Source: Dehalococcoidia bacterium (GTDB lineage: Bacteria; Chloroflexota; Dehalococcoidia; Lucifugimonadales; Australimonadaceae). Taken from it: a stretch of DNA of 64,000 bases. The notes under the pieces are model-generated. The model saw only the letters and a list, made by a program, of their open reading frames with translations. It had not been told where the DNA came from and did no database searches. Location: contig CBDFJL010000003.1 of the NCBI GenBank assembly GCA_965248495.1, positions 476,852 through 540,851 on the forward strand, written 5' to 3'. The position numbers were made by a program, and so were the translations under genes. Shown here in pieces: positions 15,548 to 24,817 of the stretch; position 1 is the stretch's first letter; each line of letters starts with the position of its first letter.

Positions 15548-15656
15548 TCGCGCCACGAAGAGCGGCAGCGGGCGGTCCAGGGCAGTGCCCTGGCCGGGGT
15601 ACGCGTCCCTCGCGACGCGAAGAGCGGCAGCGAGCGGGTCCAGGGCAGTGCCCTGA
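15548..15656 (+). repeat. repeat family B, two tandem copies (period 62 nt) with palindromic core CCAGGGCAGTGCCCTGG
   Basis: CGAAGAGCGGCAGCGGGCGGTCCAGGGCAGTGCCCTGG (15556-15593) and CGAAGAGCGGCAGCGAGCGGGTCCAGGGCAGTGCCCTGA (15618-15656). Confidence 0.9.
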
Positions 15657-15682
15657 GCCCGCTGAAGCGGCAACCGCCCCGA

Positions 15683-17731
15683 CTAGGTCGAGAAGACGCT
15701 GCCGAAGACGACGGCGACGATGGCCATGAGCTTGATGAGGATGTTCAGCGACGGGCCCGAGGTGTCCTTGAACGGGTCCCCCACCGTGTCACCGACCACC
15801 ACGGCCGTGTGCGCATCCGTGCCCTTACCGCCGTGATGTCCGGCCTCGACGTACTTCTTGGCGTTGTCCCATGCACCGCCCGCGTTGGCCATGGTGATGG
15901 CCATGAGCGAGCCCGCGCTGATCGCGCCGATGAGCAGGCCGCCGACGGCCTCGGCGCCCAGGAACGGCGTCATGCCGACGCCGATGGGGACCACGACCGC
16001 GAGCAGGCCCGGCACGATCATCTCGCGCAGCGCACCGTTGGTGCTGATCTCCACGCAGCGCGCGTACTCGGCCCGCACGCCTGGGCTGCCCTCGCGGAGG
16101 CCCGGTATCTCGCGGAACTGCCGCCTGACCTCCTCAACCATGTCCTGGGCCGCGTTGCCCACGGCCTCCATGGTCAGCGCACTGAAGATGAACGGCATCA
16201 GCGCACCCAGCAGCAGACCCACGAGCGTGGACGGCTGGAGCAGGTCGATGACCTGGAGGTCGACGATCTTCGCGTACGCCGCCATCAGGGCAAGGGCGGT
16301 CAAGACCGCCGAGCCGATGGCGAAGCCCTTGCCGCTGGCCGCCGTCGTGTTGCCCAGCGAGTCCAGCGCGTCCGTGCGCAGGCGCACCTCCGGGTCGAGG
16401 TGCGCCTGCTCGGCGATGGCGCCGGCGTTGTCGGCGACCGGCCCGTAGGCGTCGGTCGCCAGCGTGATACCGAGGGTCGAGAGCATACCCACCGCGGCGA
16501 TGGCGATGCCGTACAGGCCCGCGAGCTCGTAGGCCCCGAGGACGGCGGCGCCGATGATGATCAGCGGGATAACCGTGCTCAGCATGCCGGTGGCGAAACC
16601 GCTGATGATGACCGTGGCCGGCCCGGTGGCCGACCGCGCCGCGATGCCCCGAGTCGGCTTGTACTCGTACGAGGTGTAGTACTCAGTGCTCAGGCCGATG
16701 ATGACGCCAGCACCGAGGCCAACGCCGACGGCGCCGAAGACATTCCACACCGCCGTCATGGGCAGGTCGTTCTGGACGGTAAAGAGCCACCACGTCGACA
16801 GGAACGTGAACCCCAACCCCAGCAGCCCAGCTGCGAAGGTGCCGCGCCTCAACGCCCACAGCAGGCTGCCAATGTTGGTGGACTCGCCGGTGCGGACGAG
16901 GAAGGTGCCGAGGATCGACGCGACGATGCCACCGGCCGCGATCAGGAACGGGAGAACGAACGCCGGGCCCCCGGCCTCGACCGCGCCACCATAGAACGCA
17001 GCGGTACTGGCCAGCGCGAGCGTCGCGATGATGGAGCCGACGTACGACTCGAAGAGGTCGGCGCCCATGCCGGCCACGTCACCGACGTTGTCACCAACGT
17101 TGTCGGCGATGACCGCCGCGTTGCGCGGATCGTCTTCGGGGATCCCGGCCTCGACCTTGCCGGCGAGGTCGCCACCGACGTCAGCCGCCTTCGTGTAGAT
17201 GCCGCCGCCCACGCGCGCAAACAGCGCGATGGACGACGCGCCGAAGCTGAAGCCGGCCACGATCTCCGGGTCCTCGAAGATCAGCCAGAGGGCGGCCGCG
17301 CCGAGGATGCCGATGCCGACGACGCTGAGGCCCATGACGCCGCCCGACGAGAAGGCCACACGCAGCGCGGGGTTGAGCCCCCGAATGGCCGCGGCCGCTG
17401 TCCGCATGTTCGCTCCGACGGCGATGCGCATGCCGACGAGCCCGGTGAGGCCTGAGGCGAAGGCGCCGACCAGGTAGGCGATGGACGTCTCCCACTGCTG
17501 CTCGTCACGGCTCAGTCCGAGCGCGAGCAGGATGGCGAAGACGATGAGCACGAACACGAGGAGCACCGAGTACTCGCGGCGCAGGAAGGCGTTCGCCCCC
17601 TCATGAATCGCCGCGCCGATCTCCCGCATGCGCTCGTTGCCGGGGTCGGCGCTGAGCACGCGCTGTGCCAGGTAGGCCGCGAAAAGTAGCGCAAGCCCGC
17701 CAGCGCCCAAGGCCAGATAGAGCCCAGTCAT
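15683..17731 (-). CDS. hppA: membrane-bound proton/sodium-translocating pyrophosphatase
   Basis: GGIYTKAADVGGDLAGKVEAGIPEDDPRNAAVIADNVGDNVGDVAGMGADLFESY and DNAGAIAEQ...GNTTAASGKGFAIGSA...DTVGDPFKDTSGPSLNILIKLM match the pyrophosphatase. The GNTTAA form (Ala, not Lys) suggests the K+-dependent subclass; this is an inference. Confidence 0.95.
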   Translation of the reverse strand: MTGLYLALGAGGLALLFAAYLAQRVLSADPGNERMREIGAAIHEGANAFLRREYSVLLVFVLIVFAILLALGLSRDEQQWETSIAYLVGAFASGLTGLVGMRIAVGANMRTAAAAIRGLNPALRVAFSSGGVMGLSVVGIGILGAAALWLIFEDPEIVAGFSFGASSIALFARVGGGIYTKAADVGGDLAGKVEAGIPEDDPRNAAVIADNVGDNVGDVAGMGADLFESYVGSIIATLALASTAAFYGGAVEAGGPAFVLPFLIAAGGIVASILGTFLVRTGESTNIGSLLWALRRGTFAAGLLGLGFTFLSTWWLFTVQNDLPMTAVWNVFGAVGVGLGAGVIIGLSTEYYTSYEYKPTRGIAARSATGPATVIISGFATGMLSTVIPLIIIGAAVLGAYELAGLYGIAIAAVGMLSTLGITLATDAYGPVADNAGAIAEQAHLDPEVRLRTDALDSLGNTTAASGKGFAIGSAVLTALALMAAYAKIVDLQVIDLLQPSTLVGLLLGALMPFIFSALTMEAVGNAAQDMVEEVRRQFREIPGLREGSPGVRAEYARCVEISTNGALREMIVPGLLAVVVPIGVGMTPFLGAEAVGGLLIGAISAGSLMAITMANAGGAWDNAKKYVEAGHHGGKGTDAHTAVVVGDTVGDPFKDTSGPSLNILIKLMAIVAVVFGSVFST

Positions 17732-17853
17732 GGATGAATCCTCCCAGAAGTCGGGCTCCGACTACCGCCGGAGCCGTTTACGTGACCATGAAGCCCGCTA
17801 CGGCGGGGAATTTACACTGCGATTACGGAATTCGCAACCAGACAGGCTAGCCG

Positions 17854-17876
17854 CCTGGACCCACTCACTGCCGCTT
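17854..17876 (-). repeat. repeat family B, partial copy in reverse orientation
   Basis: CCTGGACCCACTCACTGCCGCTT is the reverse complement of AAGCGGCAGTGAGTGGGTCCAGG. Confidence 0.7.
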
Positions 17877-17920
17877 TTCCGGGACCGCAGCGGCACAGTC
17901 CCGGCCGAAGGGGTGCGGGC

Positions 17921-18571
17921 CTAGGTCAACCCCAAAGGGCCGGGGAGGTCCGCCATGTCAGCGAAGGTCGTCGCGCCGAGGTCCGCGAGGCCCGCGGCGT
18001 CACCGCGAGGGCAATAGCCAAACGTCGCCATGCCCGCCGATACCCCCGCCATGACACCGAGGCGGCTGTCCTCGATGACCGCGCAGCGCTCGGGAGTCAC
18101 GCCCATCCGCTCGGCCGCGAACAGGAACAGGTCCGGGGCCGGCTTGCCGTTCGCAACCTGCGTCGCGCTGAAGATGCGCCCCTCGAAGTAGGGCAGCAGA
18201 CCCGTTCGCCCCAGCGTGACGTCCATCTTCTCGTGCTCGCCGGCCGACGCGACGCACATCTTGGTACCGCTCGCGGTAATGCGTGCGACAGCGTCGACGG
18301 CGCCCGGCATCGCCTCGACGCGTTCGGCCAGCGCCGCAAGCACGCGCGCGTCATAGTTGTCCAGCACCGAGGCAGGGACCGGCCGCCCGGCCTCGCGGTC
18401 GAACACGCGCCACATGGCTGCGGTGGACATGCCAGTCGTGGTGCCCATGACGCGCTGGAGGTCACCCTCGACGCCGGCCTCGCGGAGAATGTCCACGACC
18501 ACCTCATCGTCGATGGGCTCGGAGTCCACCAGCGTGCCGTCGCAGTCGAACATGACGAGGTCGTATCGCAT
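17921..18571 (-). CDS. HAD family hydrolase
   Basis: MRYDLVMFDCDGTLVDSEP is HAD motif I (DxDGT), and the later ...VIEDSRLGVMAG is motif IV. Start at ATG 18571. Confidence 0.8.
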   Translation of the reverse strand: MRYDLVMFDCDGTLVDSEPIDDEVVVDILREAGVEGDLQRVMGTTTGMSTAAMWRVFDREAGRPVPASVLDNYDARVLAALAERVEAMPGAVDAVARITASGTKMCVASAGEHEKMDVTLGRTGLLPYFEGRIFSATQVANGKPAPDLFLFAAERMGVTPERCAVIEDSRLGVMAGVSAGMATFGYCPRGDAAGLADLGATTFADMADLPGPLGLT

Positions 18572-18593
18572 CACACATCCATGGACCGCCCGC

Positions 18594-18665
18594 ACCTTCG
18601 GCCCTTCGGCGGGGCTCAGGACATGCTTCGCTCAGGACAGGCTTCGCGAGCCTCAGGACGAACGG
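18594..18665 (+). repeat. repeat family A copy
   Basis: CCTTCGGCCCTTCGGCGGGGCTCAGGACATGCTTCGCTCAGGACAGGCTTCGCGAGCCTCAGGACGAACGG, between HAD and the translin-like gene. Confidence 0.85.
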
Positions 18666-18690
18666 TCAGGGGGTTCGGCCGCGGGAGTGG

Positions 18691-19326
18691 CTAACCCTCG
18701 CGCGCGGCCAGCATGCGCTCGAGGCGCCGCTGGCGCATCGCCATCGTCAGGTCGCCCCGCGTGCGCTCCAGCACGCCGCGCAGCTGGTCGGTCGTGCGCC
18801 GCAGCCCGCCGGTCAGCGCGTCGGGGAAGTCGATGCCGACCATCATGTTGTAGGCATCGTCCATCTTGCCCATCAGCTCCTCGGACCGCGAGTCGTCGTC
18901 GCGGCGCAGCGAGTCGAGGATGAAGCGGCGCAGCTCGCTCGCGGCCTCCGCCATGCCGTTGAGGTAGGGGGCCACCTCGACGCCAATGTCACCGGGCGTG
19001 GGCAGCTCGCTGTCGGCGATGAACGCGTAGCAGAGACGCGCCTCCGCGTACTCCTTCTGGGCGTCCTGCGTGTAGCCCGTGTAGTACAGGTCCGGGTACT
19101 CCTCGCGGACCAGGTCACGCACCTCGGCGACCTTTGCACCGGCCCCGTCGGCCAGCTTGCCCGCCTCGGTCATCTCCTGCCGGTGGACGGCGCGAATGGC
19201 GTTGGCGGATAGCCGGATGATCTCTCGTGAGGCCTGGATGGCGACCTCACGGGCCGTGTGCTTCTTGGTGAGCTCGGCGATGGCGTTCGCAGTGATCTCG
19301 TTCAGGCGGGCTTCGTAGTCAGGCAT
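18691..19326 (-). CDS. translin-family protein
   Basis: YYTGYTQDAQKEYAEARL...APYLNGMAEAASELRRFILDSL resembles the translin/TRAX core (Y..G..D..GEL.R). It appears all-helical. The call is from memory of the family pattern. Confidence 0.65.
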   Translation of the reverse strand: MPDYEARLNEITANAIAELTKKHTAREVAIQASREIIRLSANAIRAVHRQEMTEAGKLADGAGAKVAEVRDLVREEYPDLYYTGYTQDAQKEYAEARLCYAFIADSELPTPGDIGVEVAPYLNGMAEAASELRRFILDSLRRDDDSRSEELMGKMDDAYNMMVGIDFPDALTGGLRRTTDQLRGVLERTRGDLTMAMRQRRLERMLAAREG

Positions 19327-19441
19327 GGCGCGAGGGTAGCACAGCGGTGCCATTCATCGATGCGGCCGGGTCTAACTAGGGCGGGGTTGTCACCGTAGCG
19401 CGCCAATCGATAGCCGGTAGCGGGAAGTCCGGAACGCGATC

Positions 19442-19473
19442 CGGCGGCGAGTGGGTCCAGGGCAGTGCCCTGG
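19442..19473 (+). repeat. repeat family B copy upstream of nuoB
   Basis: CGGCGGCGAGTGGGTCCAGGGCAGTGCCCTGG. Confidence 0.85.
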
Positions 19474-19582
19474 CTTGTGCGACTTTTCACGTACACCCCC
19501 GTGTGCTATGCTCGCGCCGGTGGCTCGGGGGCCGCTCCAGCAGGCAACGGACGGCTCGCCGACCCCTCAGGAGGCGCCCAGC

Positions 19583-20221
19583 ATGGAACCGCCGTCCAGC
19601 GACGTTGAGCTTCGGTCGGCCTATGGCCAGGGAGCGACGCCTGCCGAGGAGTGGGACGCCGACCGTATCGAGGGCGCAACCATCGAGGGCCTGAAGTGGT
19701 CTGCCCAAGAGGCCTTCCCCGAGCCCCTCATCCAAGTCCCCGACGACTACCGTGGCAACATCGCGGTCACCTCGATGGATGCGCTGCTCAACTGGAGCCG
19801 CCGCTCCGCCACCTGGCCGGTCGCCTTCGGGCTGGCCTGTTGCGTATTCGAGATGCTGGCCTCCGCGATGGGCCGATTCGACCTGGCCCGCTTTGGCATG
19901 GAGACGATGCGCGCATCGCCTCGCCAGGCGGACCTGCTCATCGTCTCCGGCACGCTGACCTGGAAGATGGCGCCCGCCGTGCGCCGCATCTACGACCAGA
20001 TGGCGGAGCCCAAGTGGGTGATCGCGATGGGCGTGTGCGCGACCTCCGGCGGCCCCTACTACCAGGGCTACAGCGTCGTCCCCGGCGTGAACCACATCGT
20101 GCCGGTGGATGTCTACGTGCCCGGGTGCCCACCCCGGCCCGATGCGCTGCTGTACGGGATCATGCAGCTGCACGACAAGATCAAGAAGTACCGGCTGGGT
20201 CGCCAGCCAGCGGGGGCGTAG
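19583..20221 (+). CDS. nuoB: NADH-quinone oxidoreductase subunit B
   Basis: [23 protein letters not shown]...[15 protein letters not shown]...[10 protein letters not shown]...[12 protein letters not shown] carries the N2 cluster cysteines. AGGAGG lies 9 nt upstream of ATG 19583. Confidence 0.9.
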   Translation: MEPPSSDVELRSAYGQGATPAEEWDADRIEGATIEGLKWSAQEAFPEPLIQVPDDYRGNIAVTSMDALLNWSRRSATWPVAFGLACCVFEMLASAMGRFDLARFGMETMRASPRQADLLIVSGTLTWKMAPAVRRIYDQMAEPKWVIAMGVCATSGGPYYQGYSVVPGVNHIVPVDVYVPGCPPRPDALLYGIMQLHDKIKKYRLGRQPAGA

Positions 20222-20222
20222 C

Positions 20223-20699
20223 GTGTCTATAGCCACGCCGGGCCACGCCCTGGCGGATGTGCTGCGGGAGCGTTTCGGCGACGCCGTCGTCGGCTCCGAT
20301 GAGCTCGCGGCGCTGGTCGCGCCTGAGTCTGTCCGCGACGTCTGCGCCTACCTCAAGGCCGAGCCGGAGCACGACTACAAGCTGCTCAACGCCATCACCG
20401 CGGTCGACTACGTCGAGTACTTCGAGCTGGTCTACCACCTCACCTCCATCGAGCGGAACGCGACGGCGGTGGTGAAGGCCAAGGTCTACGGCCGTAGCGA
20501 GCCGTCGCTGCCCTCCGTCGTGCCGGTCTGGAAGGGCGCCGACCTTCAGGAGCGCGAGGTATATGACCTCATGGGTGTCGTCTTCGAAGGCCACACCAAC
20601 CTCAAGCGCCTACTGCTGTGGGAAGGCTTCGAGGGCCATCCACTCCGGCGTGACTACCTTGAGCCGCCACTCCCCTACAAGTGGCCACACGGTGGGTAG
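20223..20699 (+). CDS. nuoC: NADH-quinone oxidoreductase subunit C
   Basis: LLNAITAVDY...ELVYHL...WKGADLQEREVYDLMGVVFEGHTNLKRLLL matches the NuoC 30-kDa subunit. GTG 20223 lies 1 nt after the nuoB stop. Confidence 0.9.
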   Translation: MSIATPGHALADVLRERFGDAVVGSDELAALVAPESVRDVCAYLKAEPEHDYKLLNAITAVDYVEYFELVYHLTSIERNATAVVKAKVYGRSEPSLPSVVPVWKGADLQEREVYDLMGVVFEGHTNLKRLLLWEGFEGHPLRRDYLEPPLPYKWPHGG

Positions 20700-20708
20700 G
20701 TCTAGACC

Positions 20709-21815
20709 ATGACGCTGCACACCGAGCCGGTGACGGTCAACATTGGTCCGCACCACCCCAGCACTCACGGCGTGTTCCGGATGCGCGTGACCTTCGACGG
20801 CGAGAACGTGCAGGACGTCGAGCCGGTCATCGGCTACCTGCATCGTGGCACCGAGAAGCTGGCCGAAGAGCGCCAGTACACGCAGGTGATCACCCTCACC
20901 GACCGCCTTGACTACGTGGCGTCCATGACCAATAACCAGGCCTACGTACTCTCGTGCGAGCGGCTCGTCGGCGTGGAGGTGCCGGAGCGGGGCATGTACC
21001 TGCGGACCATCGCAGCCGAGCTCCAACGCATCGCCAGCCACCTCGTCGGCGTCGGGTTCTTCCTGGCCGAGCTGGGCGGGTTCGGCGGCACCGCGCTGAT
21101 GTACTGCTTCCGCGAGCGCGAGCGCATCCTCGACATGTTCGAGATGCTCTGCGGCGCTCGCATCACCGTGTCCTACATGCGTATCGGCGGTGTCTACCAG
21201 GACGCGCCTGACGAGTTCTGGCCCGCGCTTCGGCGCTTTCTGGACGCGATGCCCGGCTACGCGGACGAGCTCTACGACCTCGTCTTCGCCAGCGAGATCG
21301 TCGTCGCACGCACCAAGAACGTCAGCGTCATCACCGCCGAGCAGGCCATCGACGCGTCCATTACCGGCCCGGTGCTTCGCGCCTGCGGCGTGCCATGGGA
21401 CATCCGCAAGGCCGCGCCCTACGATGCCTACGACCGTGTGGACTTCGACGTCGTCACGGCTACGGGCGGCGACAACTTCGATCGCTTCTGGGTGCGCATG
21501 GAGGAGGTGCGGCAGTCGCTGCGCATCATCGAGCAGTGCGCCCAGCAGATCGAGAGCGGGCCTGTCCGCGCCACCATGGCGATGCTGTTCCGCCCCCCGC
21601 CGGGCGAGGCATACGTCCCGATCGAGGCGCCCAAGGGCGAGCTCGGCTTCTACCTCGTCAGCGACGGAAGCATCGCGCCGTACCGATGCAAGATCCGATC
21701 CCCTTCTCTCATCAACCTGTCGCTGTTCAAGGAGATGCTGGTCGGTTGGAAGCTGGCCGACATCGTCGTCAGCCTCGGCAGCCTCGACTTCAACATGGGC
21801 GAGGTTGACCGCTAG
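20709..21815 (+). CDS. nuoD: NADH-quinone oxidoreductase subunit D
   Basis: VNIGPHHPSTHGVFRM...IGYLHRGTEKLAE...EAPKGELGFYLVSDGS...YRCKIRSPSLINL matches NuoD. Confidence 0.95.
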   Translation: MTLHTEPVTVNIGPHHPSTHGVFRMRVTFDGENVQDVEPVIGYLHRGTEKLAEERQYTQVITLTDRLDYVASMTNNQAYVLSCERLVGVEVPERGMYLRTIAAELQRIASHLVGVGFFLAELGGFGGTALMYCFRERERILDMFEMLCGARITVSYMRIGGVYQDAPDEFWPALRRFLDAMPGYADELYDLVFASEIVVARTKNVSVITAEQAIDASITGPVLRACGVPWDIRKAAPYDAYDRVDFDVVTATGGDNFDRFWVRMEEVRQSLRIIEQCAQQIESGPVRATMAMLFRPPPGEAYVPIEAPKGELGFYLVSDGSIAPYRCKIRSPSLINLSLFKEMLVGWKLADIVVSLGSLDFNMGEVDR

Positions 21816-23011
21816 TGGGCGACGTGCTGACCGACAACGCGGTCTACCGCAACGTCTACGACTTCGTCGTGGACGGCCTCGGCGCGGAGTGGTCGTGGCT
21901 CGCCTACGCCACGGCGGCCCTCGTGCTGGTGCTGCTGACCGTGAACGTCCTGCTGGGGCTGGCCACCGGCTACACCTGGGCGGAGCGCCGCCTCCTCGGC
22001 CGCTTCACCAACCGGCTGGGCCCGAACCGCGTGGGGCGGTTCGGCCTTCTCCAGCCCATCGCGGACGCCGTCAAGCTGCTGACAAAGGAGGACACCGTCC
22101 CGCGCGCCGGCGACCGGATCGTGTTCAATCTTGCCCCCGTCGTGATGTTGGGGTCCGTCGTGCTTGCCCTTGGCGTGCTGCCCCTGGGACGCAATACGTT
22201 CGTCGCCGACCTCAACATCGGCCTGCTCTACCTGGTCGCCGTGTCGGGGCTGGCGTCCGTCGCCGTGCTGATGGCGGGGTACGCCTCGGCCAACAAATTC
22301 TCAACCTTCGGGAGCATGCGCGCGGCCGCGGTGCTGGTCAGCTACGAGGTGCCGCTGGTCATGGCGTTGCTGGGCGCAACCCTGCTGGCCGGGTCGATGT
22401 CGCTCGTGGCAACGGTCGAGGCCCAAGCGGTGCCCTTCCTGCTGGTGGCACCGCTCGGCGCCTTCGTCTTTTTCGCAGCGACGCTCGCTGAGCTGAACCG
22501 CAGCCCGTTCGACGTGACGGAGGGTGAGTCGGAGATCGTTGCCGGCTACCTGACGGAGTACAGCGGTATGAAGTTCGGGACCTTCATGCTGGCCGAATTC
22601 GCCGCGCTCATGGTCGCGGGTGCCTTCTTCGCCATGCTCTTCCTCCAGGGGTGGCGATGGGACTTCCTGCCGTCGCACCTCTGGATGCTCATCAAGGTCG
22701 GTGGGTTCGCCATCGTCGCCACCTGGGTCCGCGCCACGCTCCCGCGCCTGCGGCCCGACCAGATCCTGGCGTTCGCCTGGAAGTTCCTGTTCCCCATCAG
22801 CCTGATCAACGTCGTGGCGCTCGCCACCGAGCGGCTCGCCTTCGCCGACCCCGCGGGGGCGCTGAGCACCGGCGACCTGTGGCTCATGGCGGCGATCAAC
22901 GCGGCGCTGGCGGCCGTCGCCATCCCGGCGTTGGCGCGCATTGGCCGCGTGGGCGAGCGCCCGCCGCGGATCGTGGCCCTACCGACGGCGACACGCATGG
23001 AGGCGCGCTGA
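21815..23011 (+). CDS. nuoH: NADH-quinone oxidoreductase subunit H
   Basis: YTWAERRLLGRFTNRLGPNRVGRFGLLQPIADAVKLLTKED...NRSPFDVTEGESEIVAGY..EYSGMKF matches NuoH. GTG 21815 overlaps the nuoD stop. Confidence 0.92.
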   Translation: MGDVLTDNAVYRNVYDFVVDGLGAEWSWLAYATAALVLVLLTVNVLLGLATGYTWAERRLLGRFTNRLGPNRVGRFGLLQPIADAVKLLTKEDTVPRAGDRIVFNLAPVVMLGSVVLALGVLPLGRNTFVADLNIGLLYLVAVSGLASVAVLMAGYASANKFSTFGSMRAAAVLVSYEVPLVMALLGATLLAGSMSLVATVEAQAVPFLLVAPLGAFVFFAATLAELNRSPFDVTEGESEIVAGYLTEYSGMKFGTFMLAEFAALMVAGAFFAMLFLQGWRWDFLPSHLWMLIKVGGFAIVATWVRATLPRLRPDQILAFAWKFLFPISLINVVALATERLAFADPAGALSTGDLWLMAAINAALAAVAIPALARIGRVGERPPRIVALPTATRMEAR

Positions 23012-23595
23012 TGTACGGAACCGGCATGGCCAAGGCCTTCGGAGTGACGCTGCGCAACTTCTTCCGCAAGCCCTTCACCATCCAGTACCCGGAGGAGAAG
23101 GTACCGCAGCACCCGAGGTTCCGCGGCCAGGAGTTCGTCTGGTACGAGGACCGCTGCACCGGCTGCGCGTCCTGCGCCAAGTTCTGCCCGCTGGGCATCA
23201 TCCGTATCGTCACCGACGCTGAGGGCGGCGGCAACGAGCAGGACGGCGGCTCGTACAAGATCGAGACCTTCGACATCGACCAGGCGCGGTGCATGTACTG
23301 CGGCCTGTGCGTGGAGGCGTGCCCGTACGACGCCCTGCACATGGGTACGCAGTTCGAGTCGGCCCAGCTGCGACGCGAGGACCTCGTTGTCACCATGGAC
23401 GTGCTGCGCGCGCGGGACAAGCACCCCAGCGCGTGGTTCAGGCCCCAGCTTGCGCGCGACGGCTTCAACCCGTACGCGGAGCAGGCGGACGCGGAGAGGG
23501 TCGGGCGCGAGCCCTTCTTCTGGCACCCGAAGCGCCCCGCGACGCTGCCGGAGGGCGAGGCGAAGGAAGCGTCGGCCGACGGCGACTACGAGTAG
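23011..23595 (+). CDS. nuoI: NADH-quinone oxidoreductase subunit I
   Basis: It has two 4Fe-4S motifs, CTGCASCAKFCP and CMYCGLCVEACP. ATG 23011 overlaps the nuoH stop (TGATG). It has an acidic C-terminal extension. Confidence 0.9.
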   Translation: MYGTGMAKAFGVTLRNFFRKPFTIQYPEEKVPQHPRFRGQEFVWYEDRCTGCASCAKFCPLGIIRIVTDAEGGGNEQDGGSYKIETFDIDQARCMYCGLCVEACPYDALHMGTQFESAQLRREDLVVTMDVLRARDKHPSAWFRPQLARDGFNPYAEQADAERVGREPFFWHPKRPATLPEGEAKEASADGDYE

Positions 23596-23615
23596 CCGGA
23601 GCCTACGGACCACAC

Positions 23616-24128
23616 GTGGACAACGCATTTCAGGAAGCCGTCTTCTGGGCCCTCGCCGTCGTGACCGTGGGCGGTGCGCTGCTGGTGGTGCTCCAGCGCG
23701 ACATGTTCCGCGCCGCGCTCTCGCTCATCGTCAGCTTCCTGGGCGTGGCCGGCATCTTCGCGCAGCAGAACGCCGAGTTCCTGGCCGTGGCTCAGGTGAT
23801 GATCTACGTCGGTGCGGTCTCCATCCTCGTGATCTTCGCCGTCATGTTCACCCGCGACGTGCCCCAGGCGAGCCGCGTGACCAACCTCCAGCCCATCGCC
23901 ATCATGAGCGCGGCGCTCATCCTGTCCGGCCTGGTGTGGGCCGTGGTCCAAGCCGAGTGGCAGGTCCTGCCGGAGACCCTGCCCGGCCCAATCGAGGCGG
24001 TGCTGGTGAACACCCCTGCTGAGCTGGGGACGCTGCTGCTGAGCGACTACGTCCTCGCCTTCGAGGCGGTGGGCGTGCTACTGCTGGCTGCGGTCATCGG
24101 AGCGCTGGCCTTGGTGCGGGAGCGCTAG
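23616..24128 (+). CDS. nuoJ: NADH-quinone oxidoreductase subunit J
   Basis: FWALAVVTVGGALLVVLQRDMFRAALSLIVSFLGVAGIF...AEFLAVAQVMIYVGAVSILVIFAVM matches NuoJ. Start at GTG 23616. Confidence 0.85.
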   Translation: MDNAFQEAVFWALAVVTVGGALLVVLQRDMFRAALSLIVSFLGVAGIFAQQNAEFLAVAQVMIYVGAVSILVIFAVMFTRDVPQASRVTNLQPIAIMSAALILSGLVWAVVQAEWQVLPETLPGPIEAVLVNTPAELGTLLLSDYVLAFEAVGVLLLAAVIGALALVRER

Positions 24129-24149
24129 ACCATGTGCCGTAACGCCATC

Positions 24150-24174
24150 CCCCTCACCCCCGCGGGGAGAGGGG
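24150..24174. repeat. short GC hairpin between nuoJ and nuoK (CCCCTCACCCC-CGC-GGGGAGAGGGG)
   Basis: Read directly from the sequence. It resembles the terminal motif of the 39459-39686 element. Confidence 0.6.
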
Positions 24175-24208
24175 ATACCGTCCGTCGAAGGCGAAAGAGC
24201 GCTGCGCA

Positions 24209-24553
24209 ATGCTAGAGCGTCTCCTGGTGTTGTCAGCGGTGTTATTCGCCATCGGACTCTACGGCGCGCTGTCCCGGCGCAACGTCATCGCCGTCCTGAT
24301 CTCCACCGAGATCATGCTGAACGGCGTCAACGTGGCCCTGGTGGCGTTCTCGCGCTATGTGGTCCCCGCCGAGGTCCGGCTGGCGGGCGCCAATGCTGAG
24401 ACGGCCGGCGCCGTGCTGACCGGCCAGGCGTTCGTCGTGTTCGTCGTCGTGGTGGCGGCGGCCGAGGTCGCGCTCGGGTTGGCGCTGGTCATCGCGCTGG
24501 TGCGCAATCGCGACACCACCGACATCACCGAGATGACCCTGATGCGGCACTAG
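24209..24553 (+). CDS. nuoK: NADH-quinone oxidoreductase subunit K
   Basis: LSAVLFAIGLYGALSRRNVIAVLISTEIMLNGVNVALVAF...AAAEVALGLALVIALVRN matches NuoK. It has a ~15-aa insertion relative to the usual 100-aa form. Confidence 0.9.
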   Translation: MLERLLVLSAVLFAIGLYGALSRRNVIAVLISTEIMLNGVNVALVAFSRYVVPAEVRLAGANAETAGAVLTGQAFVVFVVVVAAAEVALGLALVIALVRNRDTTDITEMTLMRH

Positions 24554-24620
24554 CCGGGACGAGTCGAGCAGGTAGCCCGCGACGACCGGGTCAAGGACGA
24601 CCGGATCGAGTAGGAAAAGA

Positions 24621-24815
24621 ATGTGGGTTGAATACAAACGCGTGCCGACGCTGATGGCGGCCGAGATGTGGTCGGAGATCCTCGAAGGCGAGGGGCTGCC
24701 GGTGCGGCTGCTGCCCGTTGGGGATATCACCGAGCACGGCGAGTCGGTCCCGTTCCGGGTCATGGTACCGATAGGGCGCGAGCACGTCGCCGATGAAATC
24801 CTGAGGAAGCTCTAG
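24621..24815 (+). CDS. small DUF2007-like protein embedded between nuoK and nuoL
   Basis: MWVEYKRVPTLMAAEMWSEILEGEGLPVRLLPVGDITEHGESVPFRVMVPIGREHVADEILRKL fits the DUF2007 pattern (..A....L..eGIp..........V.Vp....A..iL). AGGAAAAG lies upstream of the ATG, and the stop is 2 nt before the nuoL ATG. Confidence 0.55.
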   Translation: MWVEYKRVPTLMAAEMWSEILEGEGLPVRLLPVGDITEHGESVPFRVMVPIGREHVADEILRKL

Positions 24816-24817
24816 GC

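Noticed and set aside
19327-19582. Missing nuoA hidden upstream of nuoB
   Set aside because: Only 256 nt are available and there is no hydrophobic ORF in any + frame. The region is filled by a family B repeat and promoter-like sequence.
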